Source: Terriglobia bacterium (GTDB lineage: Bacteria; Acidobacteriota; Terriglobia; Acidiferrales; UBA7541). Taken from it: a DNA stretch of 64,000 nt. Location of the stretch: the NCBI GenBank assembly GCA_963695545.1, contig OY968796.1, positions 1,344,001 through 1,408,000 on the forward strand. Reading direction: 5' to 3'. Positions 1 through 10,039 of the stretch are shown here, piece by piece. Made by a program: the position numbers and the translations under genes. How positions within the stretch are numbered: position 1 is the stretch's first letter; every line of letters begins with the position of its first letter. The notes under the pieces were generated by a model. It saw only the letters and a list, made by a program, of their open reading frames with translations, did no database searches and was not told the origin of the DNA.

Positions 1-1
1 C

Positions 2-2734
2 GATTTGACGGTTGGGCTTGTCGAAGTAAATGTTCTCCGCGAGTTGCAACTGGTTTGTGAACAAATACGCGTGCGCCAAATTCACTTCCATCCAATCCTG
101 CGTCGAATCCATTTTGAGCGAGGTCTGCGCGTCAGCCAGCGCTTGCGCATATTGCTTGGTCAAAAGCTCCGACCAGGCCAGATTCCCGTAGGTCTCCGCT
201 TCTTGCGCTTTCAATTTGGTCGTCGCAGCGTCGCCGGTTGCTTTCCCAAGATCTGTCTCCAGAACTTTTAGCTCGTCGAGATAGGTCTGGCGCGCGCCTG
301 TGTAATCGGCGCCCTTCCCGTCCTGCTCGCTGGCCAGCGTCTCGTACGCCAACCAGAGGTTGTCGTCATACTGCGGATCGTCAGCTGCTTTTAGGGCGGC
401 GGCCAGCGCTTGCCGATCGTACTGCAAGGCCTTCTGCGGTTGATTTTCGTCGTCGGCAAGGCCGGCGATGTGACGCTCCACGATCGCAAGGTGGTCTTCG
501 GATTTGGGATTGTCATGCGCGTGGATCAGGTCTTGCGCGGCCTGCTCGCAATGCAGAAAGGCGTCGGTCGCTTTTGCGTAGTTCTTTTCGCCTTCGTACA
601 CCAGGGCGATCTCATCGTACGCTGCCCACGGATCGTCGTCGTACTGCGCATCGCTCGCCGCACTCTGTGCGGCCGCGAGTTCGGCCTGAAAATCCTGCAT
701 GGCTTGCGGCAGATGATTCTCGCCGTCGTCGAGAATGCCGATTTGCTGCTCCACCGTCGCAAGATGGTCCTCGGATTTTGCGTTGTCGTGCGCTTTGATC
801 AGGTTTTGGGCCGCCTGCAGGCACTGCTGAAACGCTTTGGTCGCATTCGCGGTGTCGTTTTGATCCTGGTACAACAGCGCGATCTCATCGTACGCCGTCC
901 ACGGATCGTCGTCGTCCTGCGCATCGCCAGCCGCAGCCTTTTGGGCGGCCACAAGTTCGGCCTGAAAGTCCTGCATGGCTTGCTGCGGCTGATTCATGTC
1001 GTTCGCGATGACGCCCATATTCAAGTCCGCGGTCGCAAGATCGTCCTCCGATACGGCGTTGTCGTGCAGTTGGATCAGTGCTTTCGCCGCCTGCTGCGTT
1101 TGGAGGAAGGCGGCGGCCGCGTTCGCATCGTCCTTTCGGTTCTCGTACAACACACCGAGCTCGTCGTTGAGTATCCACAGGAGCACGTCCACTCGATTGC
1201 TCTTCGCGTCTTGCGCTCTGGCTGCCTGCGCGAATTTCAAGCCCGCTTGATAGTTGGTGAGCGCGGTTCCCTCCGCCTTCCCGTCCTTCTTAGCTTGCAG
1301 AGAGGCTGCGTAGCCACTCATCATGTGGCTCAAAGCCTGCGCCACATTCACCTGCTCGGCGTTTCCGAGTTCGCCGGCCATGTGCTCAAAGAAAACGTTG
1401 TTTTGATTCCAGAATGGTCCGAGCTTTGCCGTCATGTCCGAGTCGCTGCTGGTTTGCTGGTAGAGCTCGATGTCGGAATCGAGCACTTGATTTACCGCCG
1501 TCGTCGCGATGTTCTTCGCGCGGCGCGCTTCGTGCACGGCATAAATCGTCAGGCCCAGCAGGACCAGGCACGCCGGCGCGGCCACGCGCGCCACGCGGAT
1601 CACGCCGCTCCGATAAGCGGCCTTCTGGCGCGCCACTTCGTCGAGCGGCAGGTTCGCGCGCACCCATTCGCGATCGAACACGCGGAAATAAATACGATTG
1701 CGAACGAACAAAAAGCCTTCGCGAACGCGGATGATTCCCGAAAGCCGCAGGATGGAGATCAGTGGGTGCGCGGGATCGTCGCGCAAGCGATCGTGCCTGC
1801 GAACGCGATCGTAGAGCATCAGCAGCGCGGTGTGGTCGCTCTCGCTGCGCAGGATGCGGTCGCGCACGAACAGCAGGTTGTCGTCGCGCTCGCGCGCTCG
1901 CGCGGAAAGGAACAGATCCTCGCAGATGCGGTCCACGCCGGCGACGCTGTCGACCTCCGGATCGTCCGCGACCGCCAGGCACAGTCGCTGCGTCATGTAC
2001 GGATGTCCGCCGGTCCAGTACAAAATCCGCTGCAGCAGCAGCCGCCCGATTTTTTCCGGCCGCCCGAGCCCGGGCAGAAGCGTTTCCGCTTCAGCCTCGG
2101 TGAAATCAGCCAGGTCGATGCGCACGCCCACGTTGAACGGCGTGGTGCGGGCGTCCTGAATCAAGTCCGAAGGAGTGGCCACGCCAATCAGACAGAAAGT
2201 CAGTCGCTGAAGTTCCGGATCTTCCGCGCGGCGATTGTAGAGTTCGCGAATCGACGCAAAAAACTCGTCGGTTACAAATGGCACGCTGCGCGTGGCGTCG
2301 ATTTCGTCGACGAATATAACGACTCGCTCGCGCACCCTCTCGAGCACGACCTCCCGCAGCGCGCGCGTCCAGCGCTCAAGAGGAGAAAGCTCCGCGTGCG
2401 CGGCCCAGAATTCCTCCACTTCCTTTTTCAGCCCAAATTGCTGCGCCGCCCGCGACGCGAGGCCTCGGTACCACTGCTCCGGCGTCAGATTCTGGCCCAG
2501 CGCGGTCAGATCGAGCACCGCCACGCGCGTATCGCCTTGCGCGCGCAATGCCACTGCCGCGCGCACCATCAGCGACGATTTGCCCATCTGGCGCGACGTC
2601 AGAACGTAGCAGAATTGGCCCGCGCGCAGCGCCGTCAGCAACTCTTCATCCGCCTGCCGGCGCACGTAGCTCGCGGCGTCGCGCCCGAGTGTACCTCCCA
2701 CGACAAAGAATTCGCTTCCAGTCGTTTCGGTCAC
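2..2734 (-). CDS. AAA_35/STAND-like P-loop ATPase + single TM helix + TPR-like repeat domain (partial; no stop codon found inside the window)
   Basis: Translated by hand. RBS AAAGGAGG, then GTG at 2734: [33 protein letters not shown]...; Walker [14 protein letters not shown]; Walker [11 protein letters not shown]; hydrophobic segment [24 protein letters not shown]; then acidic helical repeats. No stop seen in the stretches translated, including the last ~400 nt to the window edge, which would explain its absence from the ORF track. Confidence 0.85.
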   Translation of the reverse strand, partial: MTETTGSEFFVVGGTLGRDAASYVRRQADEELLTALRAGQFCYVLTSRQMGKSSLMVRAAVALRAQGDTRVAVLDLTALGQNLTPEQWYRGLASRAAQQFGLKKEVEEFWAAHAELSPLERWTRALREVVLERVRERVVIFVDEIDATRSVPFVTDEFFASIRELYNRRAEDPELQRLTFCLIGVATPSDLIQDARTTPFNVGVRIDLADFTEAEAETLLPGLGRPEKIGRLLLQRILYWTGGHPYMTQRLCLAVADDPEVDSVAGVDRICEDLFLSARARERDDNLLFVRDRILRSESDHTALLMLYDRVRRHDRLRDDPAHPLISILRLSGIIRVREGFLFVRNRIYFRVFDREWVRANLPLDEVARQKAAYRSGVIRVARVAAPACLVLLGLTIYAVHEARRAKNIATTAVNQVLDSDIELYQQTSSDSDMTAKLGPFWNQNNVFFEHMAGELGNAEQVNVAQALSHMMSGYAASLQAKKDGKAEGTALTNYQAGLKFAQAARAQDAKSNRVDVLLWILNDELGVLYENRKDDANAAAAFLQTQQAAKALIQLHDNAVSEDDLATADLNMGVIANDMNQPQQAMQDFQAELVAAQKAAAGDAQDDDDPWTAYDEIALLYQDQNDTANATKAFQQCLQAAQNLIKAHDNAKSEDHLATVEQQIGILDDGENHLPQAMQDFQAELAAAQSAASDAQYDDDPWAAYDEIALVYEGEKNYAKATDAFLHCEQAAQDLIHAHDNPKSEDHLAIVERHIAGLADDENQPQKALQYDRQALAAALKAADDPQYDDNLWLAYETLASEQDGKGADYTGARQTYLDELKVLETDLGKATGDAATTKLKAQEAETYGNLAWSELLTKQYAQALADAQTSLKMDSTQDWMEVNLAHAYLFTNQLQLAENIYFDKPNRQI
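410..1170 (-). repeat. About 3 tandem ~91-92 aa intragenic repeats (paired TPR-like helices)
   Basis: A cgcaag(a/g)t(g/c)gtc...gatcag motif recurs at 485, 758 and 1034 (273/276 nt spacing). Protein unit HDN.KSEDHLA...[13 protein letters not shown]...DDDPW.AYDEIAL.Y. Confidence 0.85.
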
Positions 2735-2801
2735 AGGACCCTCCTTTCAAGCCGCTGTCTCACGGTTTTCCCGGAGCCACTTGGCAGATTTGCGTCCGGC
2801 G

Positions 2802-4853
2802 CTAAGTCAAATGACGCAGTAGGAATTTCCGGTACAGCTCGCAGCGCGGCGTCACTTCATTCGACGACGCGCCCGTCATCACGCCCGCGCTCCGCAGGCG
2901 CACAAAGTCGTCCATGGAGATGGATGCCTTGGCCCCCGCCGCTCCGATCACCTGGCGGACCGCTACGGTCAACGCGGGATTTTTCGCCAGGGTGACCAGG
3001 ATCCTGCGCAGATGGTCGCCGAACGGCCCTTCGTCCTGGTCCGCTATGCTCTCGAACGCCTCAAGCGACCCGCCGTTTGCCGCTGCGCCTGAGCCCGCGG
3101 CCAGCGCCGTCAACTCCTGCAAACCGCGCCGCACAAGATAAGGACTGCCGCCGACGAGCGCGAAAAACCGTTGGATCTCCGCGGGGGATTTGAGCGGCAT
3201 CCCGTAGCGCCGATTGAGTTCGGCCACTTCCTCGATTCCGAAATCGCGCAACTCGATTTTGGTGCCGACGTTGAATGGCGATTGGTTGATGTCCTTGATG
3301 AACAGATAAGCTTCCGTCGCGTAGACAATCACCATGCTGAGCCGCGTCCACGGACCATCGGGATTGAGCATGCGATCGTTGTGCCACGAGCGGAAAAGCC
3401 CGAAGACTTCGCTGGCGAATTCGCTCGTGAACAAGCGGTCCACTTCGTCCATGCCCCACACCAGCGAATGAGGAACGCCCTCGAGAACAGTTTCGATAAA
3501 CGCCGCGAAATTGTCGTTCGCGGAATCACCGGCGCGCCATGTCTCATCGAGCGATATTTTCAGTCCCAGCCGCTTGATCATCTGCTTCATCAGCGCGCGG
3601 TAGAACTTATCGATGCTCGAAAGATCGTCGGTGTTGAGCGTCTGAAAATCCGTGGTCACCACGGTGGCGCCGGCCGCGCGCGCTTGTTGCAGCCCGCGCG
3701 CCAGAAGCGAAGTCTTTCCCATTTGCCGCGCGCCCTTCACCAACACCACGCATGTTCGCCGGTCGACGGCTTTGCGAAATTCCGCATCCGTGGGCCGCTC
3801 GATGTAATACTCGGAATCGAGCGGCACCGCTCCCCCGGCTGGCTCCGGTTCTTTGAGCACCGGCGCGGGTCCCCGCAGCGACGCCGCAAGTTCGGTCGCC
3901 ACACGCGCGTTGTCTTGCGCGTCCCTCCACGCAAACTGCGGCGCCGCGTTCAGAATGCCGCCCAGAGGTTCCGCGAGCGCCTCTCCATAAGCTAGGCGCA
4001 CGGGCAGCAAACGCGGCTTCCCTTTCTGCTGGTCGGCCGCGCCGTGCGCCGTTTCCACTTCCCATTCCATCATCTCGCTTGACGCCGACGCCGCTGAAAT
4101 CAACGGAATCACGGCGTCGGAGGCGCGTATCTGCTTCTCGATCTCCAGCAGCCATTCGGTGCCCTTTTGTGTGTGCCGATCGACAAATACCTGATGGCCC
4201 TGAGCGTTCAATTGATCCTCGAGCCACTGCGTCAGTGTTTCGTCCGGCTGGGCGTTTCTCTTATACAAAATCGCCAAGTGCAGTCCGCTCGGAGCAACCG
4301 CCGCGCCCGCGGCGCTCGGAGTAGTCGTAGCGCTCGGCACGCCTGGGGTGTTCGCGGTGACTTCGCTCACGCGAGCCGCACCCGGCAAGATTTCGATATC
4401 CGGCGCCAGGCCGCCCGCACGCAGGCCTGCAATGATTCGCGGCAACGCCGCCGCTGCCCCTCCGGCCCCGATCGAGACCGCGCTCGCCGCGGCCATGATC
4501 TGTCCCCATTCACGAATCTGGTCGGAGGTGCGTTGGCGCGCCTCGAATTCGTCGTGCGTCATTTGATAAAGAACGGGGATTTTTTTCTTGCGCGATTTGT
4601 AGGCACGCACCGCTTCGGCCGTGATTTCATCGGGGCCGTCGCAGGAGTGCGGCGAGATCAGCAGCAAAAACGCGTCGCAGCGCTCGATTGCCTTGCTGAT
4701 CTCCACCAAATAGGAACCGCCCGAAGGACAATCGCGCTGGTAGTACCACGTGCTGTAGCCCGCGGCTTCAAGACCGCGGGCCAATTCCTGCGCGACGCTC
4801 CCGTCCTCTTCGACGTAGCTGACGAAAACTTTCCGCTCGACAGGCAATTCCAT
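2802..4853 (-). CDS. TIR-TIR-AAA_35 (STAND-like) ATPase
   Basis: TIR1 VFVSYVEED...AIERCDAFLLLISPHS...ITAEAVRA; TIR2 LAILYKR...VFVD...IRASDAVIPLISAASASSEMMEWEVETA; Walker A KGARQMGKTSLL; Walker B VWGMDEVD; SPFNVG motif. Start placed at ATG 4853 because the ORF-track start overlaps the upstream gene. Confidence 0.88.
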   Translation of the reverse strand: MELPVERKVFVSYVEEDGSVAQELARGLEAAGYSTWYYQRDCPSGGSYLVEISKAIERCDAFLLLISPHSCDGPDEITAEAVRAYKSRKKKIPVLYQMTHDEFEARQRTSDQIREWGQIMAAASAVSIGAGGAAAALPRIIAGLRAGGLAPDIEILPGAARVSEVTANTPGVPSATTTPSAAGAAVAPSGLHLAILYKRNAQPDETLTQWLEDQLNAQGHQVFVDRHTQKGTEWLLEIEKQIRASDAVIPLISAASASSEMMEWEVETAHGAADQQKGKPRLLPVRLAYGEALAEPLGGILNAAPQFAWRDAQDNARVATELAASLRGPAPVLKEPEPAGGAVPLDSEYYIERPTDAEFRKAVDRRTCVVLVKGARQMGKTSLLARGLQQARAAGATVVTTDFQTLNTDDLSSIDKFYRALMKQMIKRLGLKISLDETWRAGDSANDNFAAFIETVLEGVPHSLVWGMDEVDRLFTSEFASEVFGLFRSWHNDRMLNPDGPWTRLSMVIVYATEAYLFIKDINQSPFNVGTKIELRDFGIEEVAELNRRYGMPLKSPAEIQRFFALVGGSPYLVRRGLQELTALAAGSGAAANGGSLEAFESIADQDEGPFGDHLRRILVTLAKNPALTVAVRQVIGAAGAKASISMDDFVRLRSAGVMTGASSNEVTPRCELYRKFLLRHLT

Positions 4854-4963
4854 TTTCGTTTGGGCCCAGCAATCAGGCTCGAGGCCCGATTGTGAATGGT
4901 ATTTTCCAGCAATCCCCGCGCGTCTGCAAATAGCGCGACAGTGCGCGAGCCAGCAGCCCGCCG

Positions 4964-5512
4964 CTATTTCGCGGGCGCGGGTTGCGCGGTGGGCGGCAGG
5001 ATGCCGTTTAATCGCAAATAGCCCGCCTGCGTGCTGTAGTGATCGGCCCAATCGTTGGTGATCGAAATCATCGCGCCTGCGATGGTATTCGGGCGATTGC
5101 CGAACAACATAATCGGCTGGCCGAGCTTGGAATCATCCACGGCCGCAAGCGCCGTCGTGCAGTAATCGAACGAAGCTTTTAAGCCCGCCACCAGTTGGTC
5201 CTTCGGGTCCGTGTCGGCCAGCTTCAAATCGGGCGCCGGAGTGCCGGAGATTTTCGAGCAAAGAAACGTGTTGGACGTCGCGATGTGCGCCGTCAGGTGG
5301 GCGAACGTCATCTGTTGCGGCGTCGGAGAGTAATTGAATTTGTCGGCGGGCATGGAGTCGGCCGCTGCGACCATGATTTTGCTGTAGCGCGCGAGTTGCT
5401 GCTTGATGTTCGTGCTCACCGGATTGGCTACCGGCTGGTTATTTTCATCCTGCGCGCGGCCCGCCGCGGGAACCAGCAGCAGAGCCAGCGCGATCCATGC
5501 CAGGCGTTTCAT
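4964..5512 (-). CDS. Secreted DinB-family protein
   Basis: Signal peptide MKRLAWIALALLLVPAAGRA; MPADKFNYSPTPQQMTFAHLTAHIA and DHYSTQAGYLRLNGILPP are typical of the DinB/DUF664-like fold; RBS GGAGG. Confidence 0.8.
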   Translation of the reverse strand: MKRLAWIALALLLVPAAGRAQDENNQPVANPVSTNIKQQLARYSKIMVAAADSMPADKFNYSPTPQQMTFAHLTAHIATSNTFLCSKISGTPAPDLKLADTDPKDQLVAGLKASFDYCTTALAAVDDSKLGQPIMLFGNRPNTIAGAMISITNDWADHYSTQAGYLRLNGILPPTAQPAPAK

Positions 5513-5695
5513 ATCGACTTCCTCCTTCTTGCGTGGGTTCTTGGGAGAACGCGGCACAGCATAGTCCCGGGCCCGGTCGTTCACAAGCGGGGCGCGCGGC
5601 GCCGCGCAGCGTTCGTTGGGATCGATCTCGCGCTGCCGGATCGCTCTCCGGTCAATGAAGCGGCAACAAACCCACTATCCATGGTGGCTTTTTTC

Positions 5696-5724
5696 TTGAC
5701 ACCACAAGCGCGCAGTCCCACAAT
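5696..5724 (+). promoter_or_regulatory. Putative sigma70 promoter
   Basis: TTGACA (5696-5701), 17 nt spacer, CACAAT (5719-5724), upstream of the small ORF at 5792. Confidence 0.5.
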
Positions 5725-5791
5725 CCCACCGGCGTTCTCGCCCGCTCCGGGTTGCGGTGGCCAGCTCGGGCGGATCGCCTGGAGGCGCGCC

Positions 5792-5998
5792 GTGCAATAC
5801 CTTCCGGGTTGGACCGTTCAATGCATCAATCCTGATTGCTTGGCCCGCGGCCACTGGCTGCGCGTCAATTCTCCCGGCCCCGATTCGTGCAGCAATTGCG
5901 GAGCGCCGCTGCACAATGTGCCCCCGCCGCTCGGCCCGCGCCTGCGGCTGCGTCCGCGTTCGCTGGGCAGCTATCGACCGGCGCGTCGGCCGAGTTAA
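5792..5998 (+). CDS. Small putative zinc-ribbon protein (68 aa)
   Basis: GGAGG RBS then GTG; MQYLPGWTVQCINPDC...CSNCGAPL with CxxxxC and CxxC motifs and an Arg-rich tail. Confidence 0.55.
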   Translation: MQYLPGWTVQCINPDCLARGHWLRVNSPGPDSCSNCGAPLHNVPPPLGPRLRLRPRSLGSYRPARRPS

Positions 5999-6097
5999 TC
6001 CGCGCCGCGCTCCACAAACCAGCGGCGCGCCGCTGCGGTTGAACCTCCGCAGGCGTCGTGTTAGCCTCTGCGACTGACCCCGCCGTTTTTCTTAGCC

Positions 6098-9034
6098 TTG
6101 GGTGTCGGAATCTCTGTGGCCACGTCGACCACAAAACTCGATCCGCGCGCCGTCCAAGAACAATTGCTCGACGTCGTGCGCGGCTTGCTCGGCGAGCTGG
6201 GCAATTCGCGCGCGGAGCAAACCGCCAACATCGGATCGCATCTCGAGCGCGACCTCGGTCTCGGCAGCCTCGAGCGCGTTGAACTGCTCGTGCGCCTCGA
6301 ACGCGCGCTGGCTGTGCGCCTGCCAGATAGCGTGATGGCGCAGGCGGAGACGCTCTCTGACGTCGCCGCAGCTCTCGTTTCCGCCGACTTCGCCGCGGCT
6401 CTCGGCACCCACCGCGCGGCGCCCGTCTTCACATCAACTCCAGCGCCAACAGGCTCGACGATCGCCGCGGACACCTCGGCATTTGAAACCCTGCAACAAG
6501 TCCTCGCGCACCGCGGGCGCGCCGACTCGGCGCGCGCGCATCTAGTTTTTTGGAGCGACACCTCCGTCGAATCTTCAGGCGCGCCCAGCACAACGCTTAC
6601 GTTCGGCGACCTCTACGAAGGCGCGCACCGTTTCGCAGTGGAACTCGCGCATCGCGGAGTCTCCCCGGGCGATGTCGTTTCGCTGATGCTTCCGACGTCT
6701 CCCGAATTTTTCTTCGCCTTTGCCGGTACTCTTCTTGCCGGTGCCGTCCCCGCGCCGATTTATCCACCCATTCGCGCCGACCGCATCGAAGAATACGCCG
6801 AGCGCCAAGCCGCGATTCTCTCGAACGCTCAGGCCAAGCTCCTCGTTACTTTCCGCGAAGCCGCAGGCGTGGCTCGTCTGCTTCGCCCGCGCGTTCCTTC
6901 CCTTGATGGCGTAGTCACCGCCGCTCGTCTTCTCGCAGAGCGCCACTCCGATCTGCCTCTGCCAGGTCTCGGTCACGGCGACGACGTGGCGCTGCTGCAA
7001 TACACTTCGGGCTCGACGGGCGATCCCAAAGGCGTGACGCTTAGCCACAGCAATCTTCTCGCGAACATCCGCGCCGCCGGCGAAGCTCTCAACGTTCGCC
7101 CAGACGACGTCGGCGTCAGTTGGCTCCCGCTATATCACGATATGGGTTTGATCGGCGCGTGGCTCGGACCGATGTGCTTCGGCATACCGCTGATCGTAAT
7201 GTCGCCGCTCGAATTTCTCACGCGGCCTGAGCGCTGGCTCTGGGCCATCCATCGCCATCGCGGCACGCTGAGCGCCGCGCCGAATTTCGCCTACGAGTTA
7301 TGCCTGCGCAAAACGCACGAGCGCGATCTCGAAGGATTGGACTTGAGTTCGTGGCGCGCCGCGCTCAACGGCGCCGAACCCGTGCTGCCCGAAACGCTCG
7401 ATCGTTTTGCCGAACGTTTCGCGCGATACGGTTTCCGCCGCGAAGCACTGACGCCGGTCTACGGTTTGGCGGAAGCCTCGCTCGCCGTCACATTCCCGCC
7501 GCCGGGGCGCGGACCGCGTGTGGACCGCGTCGATCGCGCAAGTCTCGCGGAAAATGGCCGCGCAGTTCCCGCCGCATCGCCTGCCGCTGAAGGCGGCGTT
7601 GAAGATGATTGCGCGAGTGTTTCGTTCGTATCCGTCGGAAAGCCGATTTTGGATTGCGAAGTCCGCATCGTTGCGGAAGGTGACGGTGGGCGCGCCGGGG
7701 AACCGGGCCGCGAAGCCGAAGAGCGGTGCGAAGGACAACTCTGGTTCCGCGGCGCTTCGTCCACGCGCGGTTACTACCGAAATCCCGAGGCCACCGCGCG
7801 CCTATTTCCGCTTGGGCCCGCTGCCGGCTGGATTAATTCTGGCGATCGCGCCTATCGCGTGGATGGCGAGTACTACATCACGGGCCGCACCAAAGACATC
7901 ATCGTGAAGGCCGGCCGGAATCTCTATCCGCACGAAATCGAAGACGCCGTCGCGCGCGTCGCCGGCGTGAGGCGCGGATGCGTTGTGGCCTTCGGCACAG
8001 CCGACGCGTCGAGCGGCACCGAACGCCTGGCGGTCGTTGCGGAAACGCGCGAGCGATCGGTCGAGGCGCGAGAAAAACTTGCCGCGGCCATCACCGCGGA
8101 GGTCGCACGCTCCGTCGGCGTGCCACCGGATGCCGTGCTGACCGTGCCGCCGCACAGCATTCCGAAAACTTCGAGCGGAAAATTGCGCCGCGATCGCACC
8201 AAACAACTCTACCAAGCCGGAGCGTGCGGCGCGCCGACGCGCCCGCCGTGGCTGCAGGTAACGCGCCTCGCTCTCAAGGGTCTCGCGCGCTCCGTCTGGC
8301 GTGTCGCGCGGATTGTGCCCGAAAAACTTTACGGCGTGTATGCCGACTTAGTGCTCACCGTGCTCATGGTTCCCGCATGGGCGATCGTACTTCCTGTGCG
8401 CAACCGCAAGTTCGTGGCGCGCGTGGCCGTCGGCGGCCTGCGCGCTTGCTTCCTGCTCATGGGCAGCCCGATCCGCGTTTCCGGGCGCGAGCATCTCACC
8501 GCTCACGGCGCGTGCGTCCTGGTGAGCAATCACGCAAGCTACATGGACGTGCTTGTGCTCATGGCCGGCCTCGGCACGGACTTCCACATCGTCTCCAAGG
8601 GCGAAGTCCGCAAAATGCCCGTCATCGGAACGTTCCTTCACAAGCTCGGCCACTTCTGGTTCGACCGCGCCGATCCCCAAGCGCGCCTGCGCCAGGCCGA
8701 GCAGATCGAACAATCTCTGCGCCACGGCGAATCCGTCTACGTCTTCCCCGAAGGAACGTTCACGCCACAAGTGGGCGTCCGGCCGTTTCAATTGGGCGCG
8801 TTTCAAGCGGCTGCACGCGCAGGTCGCCCTATCGTGCCCATCGCGCTTCGCGGCACGCGCCACTTTTTGCGCGACGACACTTATTTGCCGCGCCCCTCGC
8901 GCCTCGAGATTCACGTTGGCCCGCCCATCGAACCCCGCCCCACCGAAGCGAATCTCTCCTGGCAGGAAATCGTTCGCCTGCGCGACGTCTCCCGCGACTG
9001 GATCGCCCGCGAAGCTGAGGAGCCTGTGCTTTAA
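6098..9034 (+). CDS. ACP - fatty acyl-AMP ligase - PlsC-type acyltransferase fusion
   Basis: N-terminal carrier domain (LGLGSLERVEL); adenylation motifs LQYTSGSTGDPKG, WLPLYHDMGLIG, YGLAE, IPKTSSGK; C-terminal NHASYMD and FPEGT. Exact start uncertain. Confidence 0.9.
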   Translation: MGVGISVATSTTKLDPRAVQEQLLDVVRGLLGELGNSRAEQTANIGSHLERDLGLGSLERVELLVRLERALAVRLPDSVMAQAETLSDVAAALVSADFAAALGTHRAAPVFTSTPAPTGSTIAADTSAFETLQQVLAHRGRADSARAHLVFWSDTSVESSGAPSTTLTFGDLYEGAHRFAVELAHRGVSPGDVVSLMLPTSPEFFFAFAGTLLAGAVPAPIYPPIRADRIEEYAERQAAILSNAQAKLLVTFREAAGVARLLRPRVPSLDGVVTAARLLAERHSDLPLPGLGHGDDVALLQYTSGSTGDPKGVTLSHSNLLANIRAAGEALNVRPDDVGVSWLPLYHDMGLIGAWLGPMCFGIPLIVMSPLEFLTRPERWLWAIHRHRGTLSAAPNFAYELCLRKTHERDLEGLDLSSWRAALNGAEPVLPETLDRFAERFARYGFRREALTPVYGLAEASLAVTFPPPGRGPRVDRVDRASLAENGRAVPAASPAAEGGVEDDCASVSFVSVGKPILDCEVRIVAEGDGGRAGEPGREAEERCEGQLWFRGASSTRGYYRNPEATARLFPLGPAAGWINSGDRAYRVDGEYYITGRTKDIIVKAGRNLYPHEIEDAVARVAGVRRGCVVAFGTADASSGTERLAVVAETRERSVEAREKLAAAITAEVARSVGVPPDAVLTVPPHSIPKTSSGKLRRDRTKQLYQAGACGAPTRPPWLQVTRLALKGLARSVWRVARIVPEKLYGVYADLVLTVLMVPAWAIVLPVRNRKFVARVAVGGLRACFLLMGSPIRVSGREHLTAHGACVLVSNHASYMDVLVLMAGLGTDFHIVSKGEVRKMPVIGTFLHKLGHFWFDRADPQARLRQAEQIEQSLRHGESVYVFPEGTFTPQVGVRPFQLGAFQAAARAGRPIVPIALRGTRHFLRDDTYLPRPSRLEIHVGPPIEPRPTEANLSWQEIVRLRDVSRDWIAREAEEPVL

Positions 9035-9178
9035 TTCGCCGGCACCCTATCGGCCCACTTCGGCCACCTATCCGGTTAACGGAGATTTCATACAAGTTCT
9101 GGTATCCCCGTGCCACCTCCGAGCATCTTAAGTTCTGTAAAAGTTCCCTCAGGTCAGGGGCGAGGGGGTTGCAAGGTC

Positions 9179-9493
9179 ATGAATCGCAATCATTTAGAGG
9201 TCGTAGGGGTTCGTTACACCGGCTGGGCGGCGCTTAACCGTGATCCGCAAGAGGATGTGGTCGAATTTATGTGCCCTCAGTGCGGCCAGCACGGAGAGAA
9301 GCCGGCCCGGCGAGCTCGCGCACTCTACCATTTCACCGACGGGTTCCTGCAGGACGTGCAAGGAGAATTGACCACCTGCCGCGGCTGCAAACAGGCGCTG
9401 CATGTGACTCCGGTCGTGATGGTGCACGATCAAGAGGAAAAGCGCCGCTTTGAGGCCGTTTTCGCCGACGATTTGGCGGCCGTCGCCGGCTAA
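9179..9493 (+). CDS. Small hypothetical protein with two CxxC motifs
   Basis: ATG 9179; CPQC...CRGC; followed by a terminator hairpin. Confidence 0.6.
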   Translation: MNRNHLEVVGVRYTGWAALNRDPQEDVVEFMCPQCGQHGEKPARRARALYHFTDGFLQDVQGELTTCRGCKQALHVTPVVMVHDQEEKRRFEAVFADDLAAVAG

Positions 9494-9550
9494 TTTTCCC
9501 TCGATTTGTGTTGGTCGGTCATCTTGCCGGAAAAATCTCGCGCACACACA

Positions 9551-9588
9551 AAAGCGGGCCGATCCCGTGAGGATCGGCCCGCTTTTTC
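9551..9588. terminator. Bidirectional rho-independent terminator
   Basis: aaagcgggccgatcc-cgtga-ggatcggcccgcttttt between convergent genes. Confidence 0.85.
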
Positions 9589-9635
9589 TCTTCTGTTAAT
9601 TGCGCCCCGTCAGAGCAGCGACCTCGGACTTCGCT

Positions 9636-9875
9636 CTACCACGGACGCACGTTGCAACTGATCTGTGCCTTGGCTAGCTCGTTGCGCTCGTGCCGGGCTT
9701 CCCAGCTATAGGGCCCATGGCGCTCAATAGCTTGCTGGAGCTTCCATTCCCGCGTTTGTATCTTGTGATAACAATCGTCCGCGCGGGCGGTGGTTGCTGC
9801 ACCGGCAAGCGCCACAAGTCCCGCGAGTAGCGCGCCGGCGAATACAGTCTTCCGGAAGAGTTTTTTTGCTAACAT
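9636..9875 (-). CDS. Small secreted hypothetical protein
   Basis: RBS GAGGAGG; signal peptide ending ATTARA; short helical mature domain with two Cys. Confidence 0.7.
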   Translation of the reverse strand: MLAKKLFRKTVFAGALLAGLVALAGAATTARADDCYHKIQTREWKLQQAIERHGPYSWEARHERNELAKAQISCNVRPW

Positions 9876-10039
9876 GAAGCACCTCCTCAGCAGTTGCCTG
9901 GACTACGGCAGCGGCCCGGGGCTCGTGCAATCCTGGGTCGGGCTTCGCTGATAAATAGGGATGGTGCGAGCGCGCTTCGGGTTGCCACCCACAATTGCGG
10001 CGCGTGTCGATTTCGGGCAACCGAAATCCGGGCGCCGCG

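Noticed and set aside
410..2995. 861-aa + strand ORF in the track
   Set aside because: It is the in-frame antisense shadow of the real minus-strand ATPase-TM-TPR gene; no recognisable motifs.
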